Assembly: GCA_965216315.1 (NCBI GenBank)
Contig: CBDCFN010000015.1
Coordinates: 160,001-224,000, forward strand
Reading direction: 5' to 3'
DNA: 64,000 nucleotides
Origin: a bacterium
GTDB lineage: Bacteria; UBA10199; 2-02-FULL-50-16; JAJFLM01
The first letter of the stretch is position 1. The number at the start of each line of letters is the position of its first letter. A model generated the notes under the pieces. The model saw only the letters and a list, made by a program, of their open reading frames with translations, was not told the DNA's origin and did not search any database. Made by a program: the position numbers and the translations under genes. Below are positions 29,639 through 39,171 of the stretch, piece after piece.

Positions 29639-31777
29639 TTGACTAATCATCCAGAGTGGAGAGCGATGAGGGCACAATTTATTCACACAATTAGGCCACT
29701 GAGGCGCTGGTTTATCTGCCTGGTTCTGGTCGGCGGGATTGTGGGCCCGGCCACGGCCGTCCACGCTAAGAAGAAATCCGACGACTCAAAACTCCAAGGC
29801 GGCATCGAGGCCTTTGAAGAAGATAACTGGAAAACCGTCCTCAAGAAGCTCAAACCTTTCCTTAACCAGGATAATCCCATTCCCGACTACGTTCTTTATA
29901 TGGTCGGTGTCGCTGAACGTCATGAAGGCGATTGCAGCGAGGCGGCGGATCACTTTGCCAAGCTGCGCCGCAATTATACGCGATCTGTTTTTGCAACCGA
30001 CTCTATTCTCGAAGAAGCGCGCGCTTTAGTCTGCGCCAAAGACTTTGAATTAGGGCGCACCCGGGCTCAGGAATTCCTCAAGACCAAGCCCTATAAGCGA
30101 CTCGCCGCTGAGACTCAGCTGTTGTTGGCTCGTAGTTACTTAGAGTCAGGAGCTAAAGAAACAGCACGCGCTAAACTACGCGATTTTTGGGTTGATGCCA
30201 GCGACGATGACTTGGCCCAAGACGCACTCAAACTTTTAAAGAAAGCGGGGGGCAAAATCTCCGGTAATGATAAATGGCGCCGGGCGCGCCATTTGTATAA
30301 AATGCGCGAATGGGTCCAGGCCAAGAACATATTGGTCGAACTCGGCGCACAAGATAGTTTCCTTTTTGCTGAATGTATCTTTCGCTTGCGCGATTACCAG
30401 CGCGCCAAGAAACTTTTTGAGAGTCTATTGGCCCGTCGCGAGTCGACCGGCAAGGCCCAGGCCCGACTGGCGACGATCAACGCCCGCATTGGCGACTACA
30501 ACTCAGCCATCAAGCACAATCTATCGATCGCCAAGAAATACGCCGGCTCTAAAAAGCAACGCAGCGCCCTTAAGAAAGTTGCTTTCTTACACCGCGATCG
30601 CCAGGAATTTGAAAAATCAGCCAAAGTGCTCCAAGAACTTCTCCAAAAGCCCTTACGTAAACGCGAAAAGATCGAGGCCTTAGAAGATTATGCCTGGGTC
30701 AGCTATCGCGCCGGCAATTTGGATGTTGCGATCAACACGATTGATGACCTGCTTGAGATGAAACTCAACAAAGAACAGGCCGCAAAAATGCTTTTCTGGA
30801 AGGGCAAGATACTCAGCAAACAGGTCGCTGACACCAAAGACAAACAGGAACGCAAAGATCTTCGCAAGCTTGCCCGAGAGACCTTTCGCGAGGCCTGGAA
30901 ACATGACAAATGGGGCTACTATGGACTCTCCGCGCTGCGGGACATGAACGACAAAGATAAAGAAAAGAAATTTTACAGCACGCTTAAGATTGAGGATCAA
31001 CGGCGTGCCCGGCGTATTCGCCAAGTGGCGGTCGACGCTGCACCCTCTATGAATGGGCTCTTTCATCTGCCCCGCGCTCAGGCCCTCCATTCGATGGGGC
31101 GTAAGCGTCTGGCCACGCGCGAGATGAAGGCCGCCTTTAGAGAGGCCAAGGGACGACCCGCACTGATGAAACTCGTTGGGGAAATGGCCTATGAAGTGGG
31201 CAATTATCACGTCCCCATGATTGTCGCCCTCAGAAAACCGGGACTCATGGACCGTCCGGAAGATGCCTGGAATTGGATCTACCCTGCCGCCTACCAACCG
31301 ATTGTCGAACGTCACGCCGGACGTCGGCATCTCGAACCCAACCTTGTTTACTCGATGATGCGCCAGGAATCAGCGTTTCAGGAACAAGTGGTCAGCTCGG
31401 CCGGCGCACGCGGTCTGATACAGATTATGCCCTTCACCGGCCGGCGCCTCGCTCGCATCATGGGCTGGAAGGGATTTAAAACCATTGACCTTTTTGAGCC
31501 CGAGATCAACATCGCACTCAGCACTTTGTATGTACGGATGAACTCTGATCTCTTCGACGGCCACCTGCCCGCCGTCATCGCCTCCTACAACGCAGGCGAA
31601 CACGCCGTGGCTCGTTGGCTCCCCTCGCGACAGCATCTTGATTATTGGGAGTTCATCGAAGAAATTCCTTATCGGGAAACCAACAAATACACCAAACGCG
31701 TCATGCGCAACTATTGGATGTACAATTACATCTACTCAGCCGGGAAGCCCGCCAAGTCCGCCCGCCAAGACACCTAG
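29639..31777 (+). CDS. TPR-containing soluble lytic murein transglycosylase (Slt-like)
   Basis: Signal peptide, helical repeats, RQESAF, GLIQIMP, SYNAG and ETNKY; start may be ATG 29666. Confidence 0.9.
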   Translation: MTNHPEWRAMRAQFIHTIRPLRRWFICLVLVGGIVGPATAVHAKKKSDDSKLQGGIEAFEEDNWKTVLKKLKPFLNQDNPIPDYVLYMVGVAERHEGDCSEAADHFAKLRRNYTRSVFATDSILEEARALVCAKDFELGRTRAQEFLKTKPYKRLAAETQLLLARSYLESGAKETARAKLRDFWVDASDDDLAQDALKLLKKAGGKISGNDKWRRARHLYKMREWVQAKNILVELGAQDSFLFAECIFRLRDYQRAKKLFESLLARRESTGKAQARLATINARIGDYNSAIKHNLSIAKKYAGSKKQRSALKKVAFLHRDRQEFEKSAKVLQELLQKPLRKREKIEALEDYAWVSYRAGNLDVAINTIDDLLEMKLNKEQAAKMLFWKGKILSKQVADTKDKQERKDLRKLARETFREAWKHDKWGYYGLSALRDMNDKDKEKKFYSTLKIEDQRRARRIRQVAVDAAPSMNGLFHLPRAQALHSMGRKRLATREMKAAFREAKGRPALMKLVGEMAYEVGNYHVPMIVALRKPGLMDRPEDAWNWIYPAAYQPIVERHAGRRHLEPNLVYSMMRQESAFQEQVVSSAGARGLIQIMPFTGRRLARIMGWKGFKTIDLFEPEINIALSTLYVRMNSDLFDGHLPAVIASYNAGEHAVARWLPSRQHLDYWEFIEEIPYRETNKYTKRVMRNYWMYNYIYSAGKPAKSARQDT

Positions 31778-31781
31778 TACA

Positions 31782-31822
31782 TGGATAGAAAGTGCTCCAA
31801 ATGCCGGAGCAAAGCTTATCCA
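31782..31822. promoter_or_regulatory. Paired 18-bp boxes upstream of the response regulator
   Basis: TGGATAG-aaag-TGCTCCA and CGGAGCA-aagc-TTATCCA. Confidence 0.45.
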
Positions 31823-31890
31823 TGAAAACCCCCTTAATTCCAATAGTATAGCTTGATTAAGCGCTCTAATTTCCGTAAATCTATAGTATT

Positions 31891-33309
31891 GTGGCACAGG
31901 CTCAGAAATTGCCCGAGCTCAAACCTCAGGTCCTCATCGTCGATGACGATGAGAGCATGCGGGATCTGCTGACGTCTATCCTCAAGGATGATTACGACTG
32001 TTTTCCGACGGCCAGCATCTCGGCGGCGCGCGACGTGCTGCAACATCAAGAAATTCAGGTCGTCCTCCTCGATGTCCGCCTCAAAGAAGAAAATGGCCTC
32101 GATTTTCTCCCCGAAATTCTGGAACTCAATGACCAAATTGAAGTGATTGTCATCACCGTCATTTCGGATGTTCAGACAGCGGTCAGAGCGATGAAGAGTG
32201 GGGCCTTCGACTACATTAACAAGGAATTCGACTACAATGAATTAACCACTATCATTGAACGGGCCTTAGACAAGCAAAAATCAACCAAAGAAATTCTCTA
32301 TCTCCGTGATGAAGTCCGGCAACAAGAACCGGACGATTTTTATTTTGGCTCCAGCCCCCAAATGCTGAAAGCCCGTGAAATCGCCGATCGGGCGGCGCCA
32401 CTCCCAACGACCGTACTCATCACCGGTGAGACTGGAACCGGCAAGGAACTGATGGCGCGCTACATCCACAATCAGAGTCACTTGGCCGATAAACCCTTCG
32501 TTACTGTCAACCTTTCATCGATTCCATCGGAGCTGATGGAATCGATTCTCTTTGGACACGAAAAGGGTTCTTTCACCGGCGCCCACCAATTGCACTACGG
32601 CAAGTTTGAACTCGCGAATGGAGGCACACTCTTTCTGGATGAAATCGGTGAACTGCGTTTTGAACTCCAATCGAAACTGTTGCGGGTCTTGCAAGAGAGC
32701 GAGATCGAGCGGGTCGGCAGCAATAAAATGATTCCCATCCGGGTTCGTCTCATTGCAGCAACTAATGTGGATTTGCAGGAAAAGGTGCACGAAAGAAGTT
32801 TTCGTGACGACCTCTATTATCGACTGAATGTCGTGCCTATCCATATGCCGCCGTTACGCGAACGTGTTGCCGATATCGGCAGACTCATCGAGATTTTCCT
32901 GCAACGCTACAATCGAAAATTCAACCGACAGGTCAAGGCCTTGCAAGCCGACGTGATCGAAACGATCTCTAGCTATGATTGGCCGGGAAACATCCGTGAG
33001 CTGGAGAACCTCGTCGAACGGCTGGTCGCTATCTCCAATAAGGAAACCGTCGGTTTTGCCGATGTTCCCATCGAATACCAGCTCTGCAAGGTAGAAAACT
33101 CCGAGACCAAGGAAGGTGAAGAATTGCTCCAGAAAAGCCTTGACGCCTTTGAGCGAAGTTTCTTACTCCGAATACTAGAAGAGGAGTCATGGAACCAGAG
33201 CCAAGCCGCCAAGCGTCTGGGCATTCACCGCAAGACTCTTGAATATAAAATTAAGCGTCTCGAGTTGGGGGACATCATTCAAAACGAACGTACTCGTACT
33301 CACAATTAA
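31891..33309 (+). CDS. Sigma-54-dependent response regulator (NtrC family)
   Basis: REC domain (VDDD, LLDV), GETGTGKE, GSFTGA, LFLDEIG, WPGNIRELEN and a Fis HTH. Confidence 0.96.
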   Translation: MAQAQKLPELKPQVLIVDDDESMRDLLTSILKDDYDCFPTASISAARDVLQHQEIQVVLLDVRLKEENGLDFLPEILELNDQIEVIVITVISDVQTAVRAMKSGAFDYINKEFDYNELTTIIERALDKQKSTKEILYLRDEVRQQEPDDFYFGSSPQMLKAREIADRAAPLPTTVLITGETGTGKELMARYIHNQSHLADKPFVTVNLSSIPSELMESILFGHEKGSFTGAHQLHYGKFELANGGTLFLDEIGELRFELQSKLLRVLQESEIERVGSNKMIPIRVRLIAATNVDLQEKVHERSFRDDLYYRLNVVPIHMPPLRERVADIGRLIEIFLQRYNRKFNRQVKALQADVIETISSYDWPGNIRELENLVERLVAISNKETVGFADVPIEYQLCKVENSETKEGEELLQKSLDAFERSFLLRILEEESWNQSQAAKRLGIHRKTLEYKIKRLELGDIIQNERTRTHN

Positions 33310-33314
33310 TTTTC

Positions 33315-35327
33315 ATGACAGCAAAGTTTATCCGCAACAGTAGCATCATCTATCTGATGCTCACAGCGGTTCCAAATCTCTACAGCGCCGAGGACGCAAC
33401 CACCGAGTTAACTCAGGTCGTTGTCACAGCGGACAAGCGTGAACAGGAACTCGGCGACACGCCGGCGTCCGTCACGATTATTTCCCGCGATGACATTGAG
33501 AGCCAAGCGGCTGACACGGTGCCTGAAGTCCTGCGCCATGTCGCCGGCGTCGATGTCGTCTCCATCGGAGCACCGGGTGACGATCTGGACATCCGCATGC
33601 GGGGTTCTGATCGAGATGAAGTGTTAATCATGATTGACGGCGTCGCCATCAACAACATCCGCGAGCATCGGGCCTTATTCTTAGGATCGATTCCTTTAGA
33701 TAATGTCGAGCGCATCGAAGTTGTCCGCGGATCCCAAAGCATACTCTACGGATCCGACGCTATCGGTGGTGTCATTAATATTATTACACGCAAGGGGACC
33801 GAAGAGCCTCAATACTTCGTGGGCTTTGAAGCGGGGACACTCCAGCGCTTTAAAGAAACGGCGGGACTCTCCGGGCATCCCGGCAAAAACCGCTATAGCC
33901 TAACTATCTCCCGCACCGACCAAAGAGGGCGCTTTGATCGCGATCGATTCGGTGAAATCGCCGCCTCAGCTAATTTTGGTCGTCAGCTCACTCCAGAAGT
34001 TGATCTTGAGGTGGGCGTCAACTACCTGCATACGAATCAAGACCTTTTTTATGAATTTCTAACCGGTTTTGACCCAGCGACAGGAAGTGTTCAGGTACGC
34101 ATTGATCCAGACCGTAATCGCGATCTCACCCGCGATCTCATCACGGGACGCCTCGCTTTGGAAGCCTACCCGCTACCCTGGTGGCAACTGCAATTTCACT
34201 ATGGTTTGTTCGTCGACAAGGACAGCGTCAGCAACCCCACAACCGGCGACACCGCGCCGACGGGCTTTGCGGTCGGGACGCAGGACTTTTCGGGCACGGG
34301 CTATTCCAATACGATCGACCTCCGCAATTTCTTTACACTCTATGAGTCCAGCCCAATCACCGCCGAACTCCTCGTCGGTTTTGAGTTTCAGGATGAACGT
34401 GTCAGTTTCACCGATCCGCCCCTCACTTTTCCAGGACCTGGTCAAGAAGGTGACCGTCAAAACATCGCGCCCTATGCCCAAATAAGTTTTCGCCTCTTAG
34501 ATGAAACTCTGTTCATCACCGGTGGCGCCCGTTTTGACCGGAATACCACCTTCGGACATGAACTAAGCCCCCGCGCTTCGATCCTCTACAAACTAGAAAA
34601 GACAGGGACTCGTTTTCGGGCGAGTTACTCCGAGGGGTTTCATGCCCCAACGATACTCGAGTTCTTCACCCAGACCTTATTGCGCGATTTAGGAGACCCT
34701 CAATTCCAAGCAATTCGTCTCCAAGAAGAACTCTCGCAGAGTTATGAGGTCGGCGTCGAGCAAGAGCTCTGGGATTGGGGCCAGATTTTCGCAACCTTCT
34801 TTTACGTTGATTATGATCGGCTCTTTGATGAATTGCAGTTTATTCAAGACGCCTTTGCAACCGGCGTCGAAACCGGATTTTCCATCCAACCCTGGGACTT
34901 TTTAGCTTTCGGCGGCAATTACACGCTACTCCATGCCCGCGATGAGACCAATAGCCGCCGCCTCCCCAATCGCCCACGGCACCATTTCAACACTTTTGTG
35001 CAAGGAACTCCGATTAGCGATCTGTCTCTCCGCCTTGATCTTAACTTCGTTAGCAGCCGGCGCGTGCCCGACACGATCAGCACTGCGGCAGGAGACCTCC
35101 CCTTTGTCTTCATCGACCAGAACGGCAACGCGACCAGCGGCACGGTAGGGAGCTACGTCAAACTCAACTTCGCCGCCGCCTATACCTTTCTCAAGGACTA
35201 CGGCCCTTTAAATAACTTAAGGACTTATTTACGCATCGATAATCTCCTGGATCGCAACTACCAAGAAAAATTCGGTTTCCCGGCGCCGGGCATCACCGTT
35301 CGCGGTGGGGCGACGGCGACATTTTAG
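33315..35327 (+). CDS. TonB-dependent receptor
   Basis: VVVTA TonB box, plug (IDGV, IEVVRGSQSILYGSDAIGGVINIIT), NLLDRNY and terminal Phe. Confidence 0.95.
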   Translation: MTAKFIRNSSIIYLMLTAVPNLYSAEDATTELTQVVVTADKREQELGDTPASVTIISRDDIESQAADTVPEVLRHVAGVDVVSIGAPGDDLDIRMRGSDRDEVLIMIDGVAINNIREHRALFLGSIPLDNVERIEVVRGSQSILYGSDAIGGVINIITRKGTEEPQYFVGFEAGTLQRFKETAGLSGHPGKNRYSLTISRTDQRGRFDRDRFGEIAASANFGRQLTPEVDLEVGVNYLHTNQDLFYEFLTGFDPATGSVQVRIDPDRNRDLTRDLITGRLALEAYPLPWWQLQFHYGLFVDKDSVSNPTTGDTAPTGFAVGTQDFSGTGYSNTIDLRNFFTLYESSPITAELLVGFEFQDERVSFTDPPLTFPGPGQEGDRQNIAPYAQISFRLLDETLFITGGARFDRNTTFGHELSPRASILYKLEKTGTRFRASYSEGFHAPTILEFFTQTLLRDLGDPQFQAIRLQEELSQSYEVGVEQELWDWGQIFATFFYVDYDRLFDELQFIQDAFATGVETGFSIQPWDFLAFGGNYTLLHARDETNSRRLPNRPRHHFNTFVQGTPISDLSLRLDLNFVSSRRVPDTISTAAGDLPFVFIDQNGNATSGTVGSYVKLNFAAAYTFLKDYGPLNNLRTYLRIDNLLDRNYQEKFGFPAPGITVRGGATATF

Positions 35328-35401
35328 CGCAAGCTGGCACGCAGATTGAGCCAACAACACGCTGTCTGGACCCCCCAAGACGACGTTTAAGCCCCCCAAC
35401 A

Positions 35402-35441
35402 CGGATAAATTTTATTGAAATTATGCCTAAAAATTTATCCA
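35402..35441. promoter_or_regulatory. Candidate upstream activator sequence (paired boxes)
   Basis: GGATAAATTTT...AAAATTTATCC inverted repeat about 150 bp upstream of the sigma-54 promoter at 35585. Confidence 0.5.
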
Positions 35442-35584
35442 GTTTGCCGACAAAATACAGCGGCCTTGATCCCATTTCCCCGTAATTCTTCCGCCCCAAA
35501 GTCGTTAAATTTACACTATAATTTAGCAGGTTAGGCATCGCCCCCCTGAGCCGCTCTTATCCACATGGTGCAATTTTTCACCAG

Positions 35585-35600
35585 TGGCCCCGCGATTGCA
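35585..35600 (+). promoter_or_regulatory. Sigma-54 promoter of the radical SAM-peptide operon
   Basis: TGGCCC-CGCGA-TTGCA. Confidence 0.7.
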
Positions 35601-35649
35601 TCTATCGACAGCAGCAATTCACGAGTCACCAATCCGGGGGGAGAACGTG

Positions 35650-37041
35650 ATGAAGGGTTCAAGGTTTAATGTCCTGACCCGTGCTCAGGATGACCCGACT
35701 ACCTACTTGCTGTATAATACGCTTCACGATCATCGAATCCTCTTTGATGACCCAGAGTTAAATCCTCGTCGGCTCTTAGCCAAACTCAAAAAAAACGAGC
35801 CCCTCAACCCTAAAGAAACGGAAACAGCGGAAGTCCTTTATGAGATGGGCGTGTTAATCGACGATGACACTGATGAGAATAAGATTTTTAAAGAATGGTA
35901 CCTGGAAAAAATCCAAGAGCGCACGGACTACATGCAAATCACGATCCTACCCACCATGAAATGCAACTTGGCCTGCGATTACTGTTTTGAAAATGATGTC
36001 CGTGAATATGAACGACTAACGCCGGAACGCACCGAACAACTAATTCGCTTTCTCAAAGCACGCGTCAAAACCGTGCGCCCCAAAACTTTTCATATCACTT
36101 TTTTCGGAGGAGAGCCGCTAACCCATCCCGAAGCCGTAAAAGATATTTCCCGACAAATGTGGGAGTACTGTGAGAATTTTCCCGACGTCACAATGGAAAT
36201 CGGCATGATTACCAATGGGGTTTTCTTAACTCCGGAGTTTGTCGATGCGTTGCTGCCATACGGATTTGAATGGGTCAAGATCACTTTTGATGGAGATCGC
36301 GACGAACACGACAAAAAGCGCATCTGGCACAATGGGAGGGGAACTTTCGACACGATTTACGATAATCTTTCCCGGATCGCTGGTAAACTCAAGATAGCCA
36401 TCGGAGGCAATTTCGATCAGGCCAACTACGAGAGTATGTTCAGCCTGATCGAACGCCTCCGTAGCAGCCCTTTCGCCGACGACATATTTATTGCTCGTTT
36501 TAAGCCTATCATCGACGTTCAGCCGGACATCGCACTCAAGCGCGAAGGCGGACGCCTGACCGACGCTTGCAATGTTTGCACTTATAACAACGAGCAAATC
36601 AACCAGATGCAACGACTCCGGCAAAAAACTTTTGAAAGCGGCCTACCGATTGAAGACCGTCCGGTCGTGGGCCCCTGTGAATTTCATCAACACCACTCGA
36701 TGACAATTGGCCCCAATGGCCTGATCTACAAGTGTCCGGCTTTCGTGGGGCTACACAATCTAGCCGCCGGCGATATCTATCACGACGAATTCAACCAGTA
36801 CGGTGAATGGCAGCACACTTTTACTAAATGGGACTCAGAATGTGAAGAGTGCGCCTATTTACCCAACTGCGCCGGCGGCTGTCGCTTCAATGCAGTTAAC
36901 ACAACGGGAAGCTTAGAACCTAAATCTTGTGAACTCAATCTGCTTGTAAAATCCACCGAGAATTTCATGCAGAGGGAAATCGTAAAAATGCGTGCCGACG
37001 GCGAGAAAGAGGAGATCCTCCCCGTTTACTCGGCAGCTTAA
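35650..37041 (+). CDS. Radical SAM/SPASM peptide maturase
   Basis: CNLACDYC, FFGGEP and SPASM (CEF..YKC..CEECAYLPNCAGGC..C), plus an ~85-aa N-terminal possible peptide-recognition domain. GGGGGAG SD precedes GTG 35647/ATG 35650. Confidence 0.93.
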   Translation: MKGSRFNVLTRAQDDPTTYLLYNTLHDHRILFDDPELNPRRLLAKLKKNEPLNPKETETAEVLYEMGVLIDDDTDENKIFKEWYLEKIQERTDYMQITILPTMKCNLACDYCFENDVREYERLTPERTEQLIRFLKARVKTVRPKTFHITFFGGEPLTHPEAVKDISRQMWEYCENFPDVTMEIGMITNGVFLTPEFVDALLPYGFEWVKITFDGDRDEHDKKRIWHNGRGTFDTIYDNLSRIAGKLKIAIGGNFDQANYESMFSLIERLRSSPFADDIFIARFKPIIDVQPDIALKREGGRLTDACNVCTYNNEQINQMQRLRQKTFESGLPIEDRPVVGPCEFHQHHSMTIGPNGLIYKCPAFVGLHNLAAGDIYHDEFNQYGEWQHTFTKWDSECEECAYLPNCAGGCRFNAVNTTGSLEPKSCELNLLVKSTENFMQREIVKMRADGEKEEILPVYSAA

Positions 37042-37073
37042 CATTTCGACTAACGACTAATCCGGAGGTTTAA

Positions 37074-37142
37074 ATGAAAGTATCCAAAGGCAAAAAAGTA
37101 ACAGATCCCAAACCAGCAGTATGCGTACCTGTCGCATTCTGA
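37074..37142 (+). CDS. Candidate RiPP precursor peptide MKVSKGKKVTDPKPAVCVPVAF
   Basis: 22 codons with GGAGG SD, 32 bp after the maturase stop and followed by a strong terminator; below the ORF-track cutoff. Confidence 0.8.
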   Translation: MKVSKGKKVTDPKPAVCVPVAF

Positions 37143-37154
37143 CGCACGAATAGA

Positions 37155-37205
37155 ACAAGAAAAAAGGGTCGCTCTGCCTGGCAGAGTAGATCCTTTTTTT
37201 CTTGT
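37155..37205 (+). terminator. Intrinsic (probably bidirectional) terminator after the precursor
   Basis: ACAAGAAAAAAGGGTC-GCTCTGC-ctg-GCAGAGT-AGATCCTTTTTTTCTTGT. Confidence 0.8.
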
Positions 37206-37240
37206 CGCGCTTTACATTAAGTGGCATGGTCGCCTTCTTC

Positions 37241-38827
37241 ATGCTGGCCCGGCCCGTCGCATTTGTTTCCATTATTCTTGTTTTCCTAGCGTTTATTTCC
37301 TGCACCCAACAAGCCACTCAACCTCAGCAAGGTGGGATTCTGCGCTTAGGCAGCTTTCATAAACCGACCGAGATCAATCCGCTCACCACTGACTCGAGCA
37401 TCTCGGCCAACCTATTAGACCTCATCTTTGACAGCCTGGTTCGATTGGATAGTGAACAAAACATTGAGGCCGAACTCGCTAAACGCTGGGAGGTCTCTCC
37501 GGATGGTCTCCAGTGGACCTTTTACTTGCGCCCGGACATCGTGTTTCATGATGGCACTGCACTAACAGCCGAGGATGTTAAATTTACCTATGATCATATT
37601 ATTAACAGTCATCGGGGTGCCTATACCGTCTATTTTCAGTTTGTTAAAGAGGTCCGTGTCCTCGATACGCATACGGTGCAAATCAGTTTATCTCAATTCG
37701 ACAACGTGTTGTGGACCGGATTGGCCTATGTGGGCATTGCCCCCAAACATTTACTCGCCAAACCCGCAGCAAGCGCCCAATTCAACCAACATCCTATCGG
37801 TAGCGGCGCCTACCGTTTTGTCCGCCGCACGCCTCAAGAAATTATTCTAGAGGCAAACCAAAACTATTACCAACAGCGCCCTTATCTCGATCGCATCGCC
37901 ATCGTCATCTTGCCAAGTCAGGGCGCCGTCTTGAATCATCTGATTGCCGAGCAACTTGATATGGCGTTTCTATTGAATCCAGAAGACTATGGCGCCCTCA
38001 ACCAAATCCCTTCCATTAAAATCTATAATAATTGGTATCCTTTTTTGTACCTCCTCACCCTCGACAACCGCAATCCACTCTTTCGCTCTACAACCAACCG
38101 TCGGCTGCTCAATCAGGCCATCAACAAAGAACAAATTATTCAACGCCTCCTCAAGGACCAAGGGGAGATTGCCGCCAGTACTGTCCCGAGTAAAAGCCCT
38201 TTTTATAATGCCGCAGTGACCCCTTACCCTCATGACCCAAAAGGAGTCGCAAAAATGTTGGCCAAAAGCGGCTGGAAAACCCACAACAAGGACCACATCC
38301 TGCGTAAAAACAATCGTTATTTTGAATTTACCGCTTATGCGATGGAAGGGCATAGTATGGAAGAAAGAATCTTACTTAATGTTCAAGAACAATTACTCCT
38401 CCTCGGCATCAAAATGAACATTACCGTTCTCCCCTTCGATCAATATATAAAGAAAATATTTCGCGAACAGCATTTCGATGCAAATTTGATTTTTTTCGTT
38501 TTTCGAGATTTTTACGGAAACAATTCTAATATATGGGATTCCCAGCAGATCAAAAAGGGCATCAACTATTTATCGTATGCAAACCCTGAAATTGACCGCC
38601 TCTTAAAAACAATTCGCTTAGCGCGTTCCAAGCCCGATCAAATCGCCGCACTCAAAGAATTCCAAAGAATCATCCACGACGACCCTCCCGGTATTTTTCT
38701 CTTTTGGCGCAACATGCCCATTGCCGTTCACAAACGCTTCCGCGGCATTCCTACAGAGCAGATGAAGTCTCTGCGCGATCTTGTGCATGTTTGGGTGCCG
38801 AAGGAGGAGCAGATTTCTAAAAATTGA
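37241..38827 (+). CDS. Orphan peptide-binding lipoprotein (ABC family 5 SBP)
   Basis: Lipobox FISC, INPL, LRPDIVFHDGTALTAEDVKFT and PIGSGAY; no adjacent permeases; start uncertain (37202/37226/37241). Confidence 0.88.
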   Translation: MLARPVAFVSIILVFLAFISCTQQATQPQQGGILRLGSFHKPTEINPLTTDSSISANLLDLIFDSLVRLDSEQNIEAELAKRWEVSPDGLQWTFYLRPDIVFHDGTALTAEDVKFTYDHIINSHRGAYTVYFQFVKEVRVLDTHTVQISLSQFDNVLWTGLAYVGIAPKHLLAKPAASAQFNQHPIGSGAYRFVRRTPQEIILEANQNYYQQRPYLDRIAIVILPSQGAVLNHLIAEQLDMAFLLNPEDYGALNQIPSIKIYNNWYPFLYLLTLDNRNPLFRSTTNRRLLNQAINKEQIIQRLLKDQGEIAASTVPSKSPFYNAAVTPYPHDPKGVAKMLAKSGWKTHNKDHILRKNNRYFEFTAYAMEGHSMEERILLNVQEQLLLLGIKMNITVLPFDQYIKKIFREQHFDANLIFFVFRDFYGNNSNIWDSQQIKKGINYLSYANPEIDRLLKTIRLARSKPDQIAALKEFQRIIHDDPPGIFLFWRNMPIAVHKRFRGIPTEQMKSLRDLVHVWVPKEEQISKN

Positions 38828-38871
38828 ATCCCCCTTAATCCCCCTTTACAAAGGGAGGCTAGTAGGGATTT
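38827..38871. repeat. REP-like repeat family B
   Basis: AATCCCCCTTAATCCCCCTTTACAAAGGGAGGCTAGTAGGGATTT at the edge of an AT-rich segment. Confidence 0.75.
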
Positions 38872-38955
38872 AGGCGAAAATAAATAGTTTCCAGATAGTC
38901 GAATCTTGCCTAGCAATATTTGAAGTAGCTTTTTTCATGATTTGTAAAGTTGGAG

Positions 38956-39156
38956 CTACTCTTTGTTACCTTCATGGGAGAACGTTGCCAAACTAGTATC
39001 ATTACTATCGTCTGTCGATGAAATGCTTATATCAGCACTAGATAATACAGGCGTTAAAACTGCGCCTTCTTTAACCTTACTTGCAATTTTCCGTACAGCT
39101 TCAATTAAATCTTCAGACCAACCAAGCTTTTCTAATTGTTTATCAAGCTCCATCAT
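38956..39156 (-). CDS. Small hypothetical protein
   Basis: 66-aa ORF 15 bp downstream of the protease-like gene, with the same low GC. Confidence 0.5.
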   Translation of the reverse strand: MMELDKQLEKLGWSEDLIEAVRKIASKVKEGAVLTPVLSSADISISSTDDSNDTSLATFSHEGNKE

Positions 39157-39171
39157 TTTATTGTATAATGC

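Noticed and set aside
35335..35350. Second sigma-54-like motif TGGCACGCAGATTGAG
   Set aside because: Non-canonical -12 element and no convincing gene directly downstream; 35585 is the better match.
35423..35485. 20-aa ORF MPKNLSSLPTKYSGLDPISP as an alternative precursor
   Set aside because: It has no SD, overlaps the regulatory boxes and lies upstream of the sigma-54 promoter.
37140..37205. TGA of the peptide as selenocysteine, with the hairpin as SECIS
   Set aside because: The hairpin has flanking A/T tracts typical of a terminator and lacks the bacterial SECIS geometry.
37250..37264. PVAF in the SBP signal peptide matches the precursor's C-terminal PVAF
   Set aside because: A four-residue hydrophobic match can arise by chance; there is no further support.
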